Origin: a virus
Direction: 5' to 3' (one strand)
Length of the DNA stretch: 64,000 nucleotides
Virus record (IMG/VR): IMGVR_UViG_3300020420_001038
Span: 22,866 to 86,865 of that record
Made by a program: the position numbers and the translations under genes. A model generated the notes under the pieces. The model saw only the letters and a program-made list of their open reading frames with translations, did not search any database and was not told where the DNA came from. Shown here piece by piece: positions 56,585-64,000 of the stretch (its first letter is position 1; each line of letters starts with the position of its first letter).

Positions 56585-57590
56585 CTAGATCATTATAGAT
56601 TGCTGTGAGAATATTTTTGTCATACGTCTCAGAATCTACACCTTGTAATTGTTTTATAACAATTTGATCTACACTGTCAAACTTTTGTACTTCGACAAGT
56701 TGTTGTTGTGCTTGATCAATTTGTTCTGGTATTAGTTGCAATTCTCTCAAATTATATTTCTCAATGAATGTTTCTCGGATAAAATTTGCTTCCTCATATG
56801 AAATTTTTATATCTAAAGTTACTCTTACGTACATCTTTGGTTTCAAATATTGTTCCGGATCTGCTAACAAGTCGGAAATTTTGATTGTGATATACCTTGG
56901 CATATCTGGCCAATTAATATATTTTGGTTTGCCGCCATGTTCTATAATCATCATGCCTCTATCATCGTCCCATGCATCGGCGTAGTTGTGCGGAAATGCG
57001 TTTCCCATGTAAGTGACATTTTTCATAACCTGTCTCTTATGGAAGTGTCCTGAAAAAACTTGCCCACAACCTGCAAAGTGTTCTGTTTGTATACCGCCAA
57101 CATCTGGCATCTCTACCATTGCATTCATTTTAAAATATGGGATCTCAAAATGTCCAAACACATATTGTTGTTTCATCTTTTCAATTTTTTTCCATTCGTC
57201 TCCGACTATCCATGGTATGATTGCCACATCGTCTTCCAAGATCCATTCGTTGACAATATGGATATTCGGAATATTTCTTATGAATTCCATGGAGTTTATT
57301 TCTCTTTTTTCTCTGTAGAACAAATCGTGATTACCCATTATTACATAAACTTTTTCAAATGCCGCACCCAATCTTTCCATGTTAGAAACTGTGTAGTTCA
57401 TTGTGGAAACATTTGTCGAGGCTCTGTGGTGATGCCAATCACCTAGGAATATGCAGGTTTCACAACCATGTGCTTTGGCCTGTTCGATAAACCAATATAC
57501 GAATGATTCGCAATCGTCGTTATGCACACGACTATTACCTTTCATTCCAAAGTGTATGTCTGTGAAACAAGCAACTTTTTTAAAAAACAT
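56571..57590 (-). CDS. recombination endonuclease nuclease subunit (gp47/SbcD/Mre11-like)
   Basis: TDIHFG, LGDWHH, GNHD, GHFE, SGHFH metallophosphoesterase motifs. Confidence 0.95.
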   Translation of the reverse strand: MFFKKVACFTDIHFGMKGNSRVHNDDCESFVYWFIEQAKAHGCETCIFLGDWHHHRASTNVSTMNYTVSNMERLGAAFEKVYVIMGNHDLFYREKREINSMEFIRNIPNIHIVNEWILEDDVAIIPWIVGDEWKKIEKMKQQYVFGHFEIPYFKMNAMVEMPDVGGIQTEHFAGCGQVFSGHFHKRQVMKNVTYMGNAFPHNYADAWDDDRGMMIIEHGGKPKYINWPDMPRYITIKISDLLADPEQYLKPKMYVRVTLDIKISYEEANFIRETFIEKYNLRELQLIPEQIDQAQQQLVEVQKFDSVDQIVIKQLQGVDSETYDKNILTAIYNDLDVNN

Positions 57591-57593
57591 ATT

Positions 57594-58574
57594 TTACCAT
57601 CTTTTTTTGACAGGAGGCTTGTGATTAGTCATGTCTACTTTTTTATAATTGACATCATCAAAATCGCCCTTATCAAGTGTTCCTGTCTTTTTGAATTTTT
57701 TATTCAATTTTGCGATACCAGTTTTGTTTACAACTTTAACCTCGCCATGCACACTTTTCATTTTCTTTTTGTAAGACTCTGTATTCCTATCGTTTTCACC
57801 TTGCCTTGTGTATGAAGGCATCATGTGATTCATTTCTAATAAATCATCTCTAATAGATTGGTTTTTCTTTTCGATGTTTAATATCCTTGTAAATGAATTG
57901 GTTATAGCGGCAGTATAATATGCAAAAGGATTCTCAGATTTTGATTCGTCAAACTGCAAACCAATCTGTGATAATTGCATCAAGGCCTGTGATTGCATTT
58001 CGTCGTTGTAAGTATAACCTCTCCAGTTTGCTCTGGTACCATATCTTTCACAAAGTTTCATGAACATCATTGCCAAACTGTTTGTTATTTTTCCATGCTC
58101 TGCAGAAAAGTAACCGTTACTCATACCACCTATCCAGTGACTCTTTCCAACACATTTTATTTTACCTTTGGTATCAATTCTATAATGTTGGAAGGGTGGA
58201 AAGTTTACTTTAGCATGATGATCTGCTACACTCTTTGGATTCTTTTTTCTTCCAGCATCCATGGGTATGTGATCAAACATCATTACTCTAAAAACTAAAT
58301 CTGTTTTTGGAATTTTTCTAGTAGAAACCGTGTAATCCGAAAGTTTTATTTTTTTAAGTCCTGATGCTTTTGCATCTTCCCATGCTTTTTGTGTTAATCT
58401 TTTTGATCTGTTTTTTCTAGCCTGTGCTATTGCATTGGCGTTAATTTTTTTTAGATTAGGCACAATTAAATCATATTGTGTATCTTCCTTTGCCACATAC
58501 GAACAATAGGTATTTTTACTGGCATGTATTTGCGCCAACAGATCTCGGTTGTTTAAGTATTTCACTCGCTTCAT
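57594..58574 (-). CDS. late transcription sigma factor (gp55-like)
   Basis: YLNNRDLL, NWRGYTYNDEM, FDESKSENPFAYYT; upstream of gp47/gp46 as in T4. Confidence 0.85.
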   Translation of the reverse strand: MKRVKYLNNRDLLAQIHASKNTYCSYVAKEDTQYDLIVPNLKKINANAIAQARKNRSKRLTQKAWEDAKASGLKKIKLSDYTVSTRKIPKTDLVFRVMMFDHIPMDAGRKKNPKSVADHHAKVNFPPFQHYRIDTKGKIKCVGKSHWIGGMSNGYFSAEHGKITNSLAMMFMKLCERYGTRANWRGYTYNDEMQSQALMQLSQIGLQFDESKSENPFAYYTAAITNSFTRILNIEKKNQSIRDDLLEMNHMMPSYTRQGENDRNTESYKKKMKSVHGEVKVVNKTGIAKLNKKFKKTGTLDKGDFDDVNYKKVDMTNHKPPVKKRW

Positions 58575-58712
58575 AATTATCTTTCATTAAAGTTAAAGTG
58601 ACCACAAACAGGTCTGTTGGATCGTGTCGTACGGGGAATTAAATGCGCCTATAATTGTGCCTATAAATATGTTTTAAGTATACGCAAATTAACAAAGGAT
58701 TGCAACCAAAAA

Positions 58713-59576
58713 ATGTCATTGATAGGTAAAGGAATTGGATTTTTAAGTAAGACAGCATCTAGGCTTATGGGTGCTGGTATTAAGTCGGATTCACGACTGC
58801 AAAATGCTTCTGCAAACTGGAGCGACAGAGATGCTCAAAAAGACTGGCGTGTGAGACTGACAATACCGGTAGGTTCACCTGTACAAGATGTATTTTTTGA
58901 TAACAGTAAATTGTTAGCGCCACTAAAACCAAACAATGGAATTTTTTGGCCCTTGACTCCTTCCATGATTGTTCAGCATTCGGCAAACTATAATGCAATG
59001 GAACAAACACACAGCAACTATCCTCACTATGCTTACCAAAATTCACAGGTAGACCAGATTAACATCATTGGTGAGTTTCCAGTGCAAAATTCAGAAGACG
59101 CAAGGCAATGGGTAGCCACAGTGCATTTCCTAAGAGCAGTAACAAAAATGTTTTTTGGTCAAGACGAAGGCTACGGATTAAAAGGTAGTCCACCACCGAT
59201 ACTACACCTCGATGGTTATGGTGATAAAATGTTTAGGAAAGTACCAGTAATTATAAACACATTCAACGTGGAACTAAGAGCAGGAATTGACTACATCTCC
59301 ACGAGAGAAATGGGACAGTATGAAAGAGAAACAAAGGCAACAAAAGTGGCTGATAGTGTGATGAATTTTTTGAGTGCAGGTATTTGGAAAGATGTAAAAG
59401 GTGACCTTGCAGGATATACAAAAGATGTAGAACAAACTTGGGCACCTACACTCTCAAATATTTCTGTTTTAGTAACGCCTATCTACTCTAGAGATAGTAT
59501 AAAGAAATTCTCAATGAAAAAATTTGTAAATGGAGAATTGAGCGGCAAAGGTAAAGATTCAATTGGATTTATTTAA
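58713..59576 (+). CDS. baseplate / tail-tube-like protein
   Basis: P.TP...HSANY, HSNYP, HFLRAVTKMFFG, GSPPPILHLDGYG; first gene of the baseplate operon; TATAAATA at 58662. Confidence 0.65.
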   Translation: MSLIGKGIGFLSKTASRLMGAGIKSDSRLQNASANWSDRDAQKDWRVRLTIPVGSPVQDVFFDNSKLLAPLKPNNGIFWPLTPSMIVQHSANYNAMEQTHSNYPHYAYQNSQVDQINIIGEFPVQNSEDARQWVATVHFLRAVTKMFFGQDEGYGLKGSPPPILHLDGYGDKMFRKVPVIINTFNVELRAGIDYISTREMGQYERETKATKVADSVMNFLSAGIWKDVKGDLAGYTKDVEQTWAPTLSNISVLVTPIYSRDSIKKFSMKKFVNGELSGKGKDSIGFI

Positions 59577-59875
59577 TGGCAAAATATAATAACACATCAC
59601 CTTATTTTGAGACAGAGCAGTTTGCAAACTATCTTGATATCTTAAATCCGAGAACACTAACAGCAGACAGTGACGACCAGGTATACACCGTGGAGAGAAC
59701 ATATGCCTATAGGCCCGACCTTTTAGCCTATGACTTATATGGATCACCGAGACTGTGGTGGGTATTTGCACAACGTAATCCAGACCAAATCGAAGACCCA
59801 ATCTATGATTTCAAACCTGGAGTGAAAATTAAATTACCAAAAAAGGATAACCTGCTTAAAGATCTAGGAGTTTAA
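59576..59875 (+). CDS. baseplate wedge protein (gp53/LysM-like)
   Basis: YRPDLLAYDLYGSPRLWWVFAQRN. Confidence 0.85.
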   Translation: MAKYNNTSPYFETEQFANYLDILNPRTLTADSDDQVYTVERTYAYRPDLLAYDLYGSPRLWWVFAQRNPDQIEDPIYDFKPGVKIKLPKKDNLLKDLGV

Positions 59876-59879
59876 GCAA

Positions 59880-62147
59880 ATGAGTTACGCCAATCCTAAT
59901 ATACGAAGTGCTGAAGTTGAAAAGAGACTTTTAGCGGAAAATAAAAAAAGTTCTTACGTCAATGATATTGCACAACCGAATCCTTTATTCAAATATGCTT
60001 CTGTAAATTATTTGTTTACACTTTCCTGTTTGGGGGAAAAAGACCTAACAAACACAAAAACTTTGTTAAACAGTGTGCCGCATGATATATTAGTGAGAAG
60101 TGGTGGTATAGGATCCGACAATAATCCCACAGACGGTACCTTAGATGCAACCAATCCACATTTTGACGCAAAAGATATTTTGAACAAAAGAGGCAAAAAA
60201 ACTTTTGATAGAATAAAAAGCGTTTTTGATAATCCTAGAGATTTATTTTTCCAAAATGTTGAATTAACAAGTGTACCATCACACAATCAAAATAGGCCTC
60301 AAACATCAGTTACCTCTATACAAATGATGATCGTAGAACCGCAAGGCATAACGTTTTTAGACCGATTGAGAGCAGGAGCGGCCAACAACGGATATTTCGA
60401 TCATTTGGATGCACCATATTTGTTGACTATAGAATTTAAAGGGTTTGACGAAAAAGGCATGCCGGTATACGACGACGACCAGTTAAAAAATTTAAAGAGG
60501 GTGATCCCTGTCAAATTGACAGACATGAATTTAGATGTGAATCAAGGTGGATCAACATATCAAGTTACTGCTATACCTTACAACGAATTTGGATTTTCAA
60601 ACACCTATTTGTATCCAAGGACCAGCGGTAGTGTGCATGGTGGAAATTTATCAGAAGCCTGTGCATCAATAACAGAAATTTTAAACAATCAAAACTTGGA
60701 TGAAAAAGCGAAAGCATTAGTAGACAAACCAGATATTTACAGTGTGACGGTAGATAAGGATTTTAAAGACCAACCTTTTGAATTCAAAAATATAAAAAGC
60801 ACAGGAATGAATTTGCAATATGAAGATAAAATTGTAAGAGACGCCAGACGTGCAGATCAGTTAGGAGAAGTAAATCCAAAACAAATTGTAAAATTCACTT
60901 CCAAAAATTCTATCCTAAAGGTGTTGACAGAAATATGCAAGGCATCACCTGAGTTTGGAGATGACGCATACAAGGCATGGTATTCGAAGGTATCTACCGA
61001 GTTGACAGCCTCTCAAATAAAAGGAGGTAATCAAGCAGTTTATGATGCAAGTAACGAAAGAGGTATGTATTTTAGAGACTATCAAATCAAGACTACAATT
61101 ACTCCATTATCCGGTCCGGGAAACTGGGACCAAAAAAGAAATACCCATAGGAAAAAAATTAACATACACATCACGCCACATTATATTCATGCATACAGCC
61201 TTGCCATACCGGGCGTAAGCACCGGTAACAAATTTAGATCTTTTGTACATAAAAAATACAATTACATTTTCACAGGAGAAAATGTTGATATTTTGAATTT
61301 AGATATCAATTATAGACTGGCATATTTTCAATCAAGACTTAAAGATGTTGACCCGGATCCAAGGTCTCCGGGGGTAAGGGTAGTGGACTCTGCACCAGCA
61401 CCTAGGACAGGAGAAGACATAGTAGAGGATGGTACCCACATAATGAAAAGTGAACCAGGAGTAGTTAAAAGCGAAGGCGATCAAACTGCTGAAAAATATT
61501 TTTATTTGGATCAATTACAAGACGAATTATCAAATCCACTGGCAGACATGGTGAATATACAAATGGAAATTTTAGGCGACCCTGCTTGGATATCTCAATC
61601 ACAGTTTATACCTCTAGAACTTTTTGCCGCGGATCCAACAAAAGGTGGTACTGCTGAAAGAAAGAACACTGACTATTGGCAAGGAGGTAGAGATTTTATA
61701 TGGAACGAACAATATCAATGCTATAATTTTGATGTCGCCGATCCAATCGTGATGCTTAACTTTAGGATGCCGTCCGACATCAACGATTCTAAAGGTACCT
61801 ATGAACTTGCAGATGGAAAGTCAACAACATTTACAGGCTTGTACAGGATAACTCAAGTCTCGCACAGTTTTGATGGAGGCCAGTTTACTCAAACATTAAA
61901 TATGGTTAGATTCAAAAATCAAGGAGTAAAAATTAGTAAACCAATTGAAAATGCTGTGACCTATACATCGGATGGAAGATCATATGTTGCTTTAAGAAGT
62001 GAAGCAGAAAGCCTAGTTGAAAAATTTAGGAATACTGCATTTGAAATCAAAGATGTGAAAAATATTTTTGGTAAAATTACAAGTTTTGCAACATCGGTTA
62101 GGACAACAATTGAAAACAAGGTGAAAAATTTTATAAAAAATGTCTAA
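59880..62147 (+). CDS. baseplate hub protein (gp27/late control D-like)
   Basis: MEILGDP, FTGLYRITQVSHSFDGGQFTQTL; located before the gp5-like gene. Confidence 0.7.
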   Translation: MSYANPNIRSAEVEKRLLAENKKSSYVNDIAQPNPLFKYASVNYLFTLSCLGEKDLTNTKTLLNSVPHDILVRSGGIGSDNNPTDGTLDATNPHFDAKDILNKRGKKTFDRIKSVFDNPRDLFFQNVELTSVPSHNQNRPQTSVTSIQMMIVEPQGITFLDRLRAGAANNGYFDHLDAPYLLTIEFKGFDEKGMPVYDDDQLKNLKRVIPVKLTDMNLDVNQGGSTYQVTAIPYNEFGFSNTYLYPRTSGSVHGGNLSEACASITEILNNQNLDEKAKALVDKPDIYSVTVDKDFKDQPFEFKNIKSTGMNLQYEDKIVRDARRADQLGEVNPKQIVKFTSKNSILKVLTEICKASPEFGDDAYKAWYSKVSTELTASQIKGGNQAVYDASNERGMYFRDYQIKTTITPLSGPGNWDQKRNTHRKKINIHITPHYIHAYSLAIPGVSTGNKFRSFVHKKYNYIFTGENVDILNLDINYRLAYFQSRLKDVDPDPRSPGVRVVDSAPAPRTGEDIVEDGTHIMKSEPGVVKSEGDQTAEKYFYLDQLQDELSNPLADMVNIQMEILGDPAWISQSQFIPLELFAADPTKGGTAERKNTDYWQGGRDFIWNEQYQCYNFDVADPIVMLNFRMPSDINDSKGTYELADGKSTTFTGLYRITQVSHSFDGGQFTQTLNMVRFKNQGVKISKPIENAVTYTSDGRSYVALRSEAESLVEKFRNTAFEIKDVKNIFGKITSFATSVRTTIENKVKNFIKNV

Positions 62148-64000
62148 ATTATCTACAAATTTAAGAGGGCACGTGTCCACATCCAAAGCACCCGACAAGG
62201 ATACATCATGGTCTGAAGGAAGCACAGGTCCGTTTATCGGAATTGTAAAAGGAAATAAAGACCCTGCACGTATGGGAAGACTAAATGTTTTTATCCCTGC
62301 TCTTGCAAAAACAGATGAAGACAAACAGGACAATTTGATTATATGTGAATATCTATCTCCGTTTTATGGAAACAAGGATATTGCTCATAACAGTCCAGGC
62401 TCTTCTGAACATCAATATTCACAGCACTCGTATGGATTTTGGGGTGTACCACCTGATATTGGAACCAGGGTACTTGTAATCTTTGCAGAAGGCAAGGCCA
62501 GCCAGGCGTTTTGGATGGGTTGTATACAGGAACCACTTACTAATCACATGACGCCAGGACTTGCGGCTAGTGATAAAACTTGGGACAAAGGTGGCGGAGG
62601 TCCTCCAGGACAACCGAGTAGTAATGTTGATAAAGAAAAAACGTATGGAACAAAAAAAGTTGTTGCCGGTGAAATAAATCGATTATCCAACAAAAATATT
62701 GATCCTATTGCAAACTATGATAATATTCCTCTGCCTATTCATCCATTCAGTAATGTGCTTTTGGAACAAGGACTGATAGCAGACGAAGTAAGAGGTACTA
62801 CAACTTCGTCAGCACGAAGAGAAACACCAAGTGCAGTTTTTGGAATTAGCACCCCGGGTAGGCTGAATGAAAAAACTCAAAAGAAGCAGGTAGGACCTAA
62901 AGACGAATTATCTACTGAATTTGTAACAAGAGATGCAGGACACACTTTTGTTATGGACGACGGAGATGCAAACAGGCAAAACCAACTGGTAAGATTACGT
63001 ACATCATCAGGACATCAAGTGCTTATGCATGACACCGAAGGTGTGGTTTATATTGCAAACGGATCAGGAAAAAGTTGGTTGGAGATGTCATCGGATGGTA
63101 AGATATACATTTATGCACAAGACGGTTTCAATCTAAGAGCAGACGGAAATTTTGACTTACACGCGGGTGGTGACATTAATTTCCATTCTAAAAATAGTAT
63201 TAAGTTTACAGCAGAAGGAGAAATTGTAAACAATGCAAACGCAATTTTAAATTTAGGATCCGCAGGAATTTTTAATACATCGCAAGAAGGCGTCATCTCA
63301 AGTTATAGTAAAAGTGGAATATCATCTTTCACTGGAGGACAGCAATTACACGGGGGTGCCGGCACACACCTTGCAGGAGGTCAAATTCACTTCAATAGTA
63401 TTGCACCAAGTTCTGATTGGGGACCTACGTGGTTAAACACACAATCAGCAGGAATAGTAATTGATGAATCACAAAATGATGTGAATGTGGCAGTCGGTCC
63501 TGGCCAAATACTAGAGGCAAACACAAAGAAAACAATGACGACCGTGCCGAATATTGTCACACATGAACCTTTCGAAAGGGCACCTTCGGCGGTAAATGAA
63601 AATGTTTCACAATGGGATGATCCTGTGAAATGGAAACAATTATCCGAAACACCGGGTACTTTAGAATACATGGCACAAAAAAATAGGGAGTCCGATGTCG
63701 AATATATTAGAGAATTACAATACATCCAAGATGCTAAAAAATATGTTGAAGCAAAAAGTGGTTTAGATAAAACAATTAAAGGAGTAATAAGTCCTTACAC
63801 AGGTGGTGCTGGCGGATTGCATAGTTTGGCTAAAAATTTAGATATTAACAAAGCAAAAAAATTATCTGATGCTTTTGCCAAAGATTATTCAAAAGTATTC
63901 AACGTGAAGACTAGTTTGAAGTCGTTATCCACAGATAATTTACAAAGTGTCCTTACATCAAAAGTTGTTGCTGGAAGAATTACTAGTGTTGCGTCAAAAA
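62140..64000 (+). CDS. baseplate central spike (gp5/VgrG-like), truncated by window end
   Basis: Not in track because there is no stop. MSKLSTN...GPFIGIVKGNKDPARMGRLNVFIP...YGFWGVPPDIGTRVLVIF OB-fold, then GHTFVMDDG and RLRTSSGHQ beta-helix. Confidence 0.9.
   Translation, partial: MSKLSTNLRGHVSTSKAPDKDTSWSEGSTGPFIGIVKGNKDPARMGRLNVFIPALAKTDEDKQDNLIICEYLSPFYGNKDIAHNSPGSSEHQYSQHSYGFWGVPPDIGTRVLVIFAEGKASQAFWMGCIQEPLTNHMTPGLAASDKTWDKGGGGPPGQPSSNVDKEKTYGTKKVVAGEINRLSNKNIDPIANYDNIPLPIHPFSNVLLEQGLIADEVRGTTTSSARRETPSAVFGISTPGRLNEKTQKKQVGPKDELSTEFVTRDAGHTFVMDDGDANRQNQLVRLRTSSGHQVLMHDTEGVVYIANGSGKSWLEMSSDGKIYIYAQDGFNLRADGNFDLHAGGDINFHSKNSIKFTAEGEIVNNANAILNLGSAGIFNTSQEGVISSYSKSGISSFTGGQQLHGGAGTHLAGGQIHFNSIAPSSDWGPTWLNTQSAGIVIDESQNDVNVAVGPGQILEANTKKTMTTVPNIVTHEPFERAPSAVNENVSQWDDPVKWKQLSETPGTLEYMAQKNRESDVEYIRELQYIQDAKKYVEAKSGLDKTIKGVISPYTGGAGGLHSLAKNLDINKAKKLSDAFAKDYSKVFNVKTSLKSLSTDNLQSVLTSKVVAGRITSVASK

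Noticed and set aside
1-64000. Stop-codon reassignment
   Set aside because: The standard code gives full-length, densely packed genes with no fragmentation

Overview
AT-rich 64 kb segment of a large T4-like myophage genome, probably an uncultured aquatic lineage (host not determinable here). It has no tRNAs, rRNAs, CRISPR arrays or IS elements. Left to right: a sugar/nucleotide-metabolism cluster (glycosyltransferases, DeoD, HAD phosphatases, nucleotidyltransferase); uvsY, uvsX and gp32 SSB; terminase and head-completion genes; tail tube and an enlarged sheath; dNMP kinase; neck genes; about 16 kb of modular fibre/virion proteins; the head module (gp23, gp22, gp21, portal gp20); tape measure and a divergent gp26-like gene; a GC-rich accessory patch; a roughly 400 nt structured non-coding region beside a minimal GIY-YIG gene; Hc1-like, gp46, gp47 and gp55-like late sigma; and baseplate genes ending in a truncated gp5-like spike. 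Most interesting signals: (1) the candidate large ncRNA at about 53100-53510, with two 9-7-10 nt repeat cassettes and a divergent stand-alone GIY-YIG gene; (2) a glnA-type glutamine riboswitch behind a perfect late promoter, with a visible expression platform; (3) a T_TTT_TTC -1 frameshift site joining the gp26-like ORF to the next ORF; (4) a putative aminoacyl-tRNA-protein transferase; (5) widespread leaderless promoter-ATG spacing; (6) apparent AGCT/GCWGC avoidance. All product calls come from recognising motifs by eye, not from database searches.
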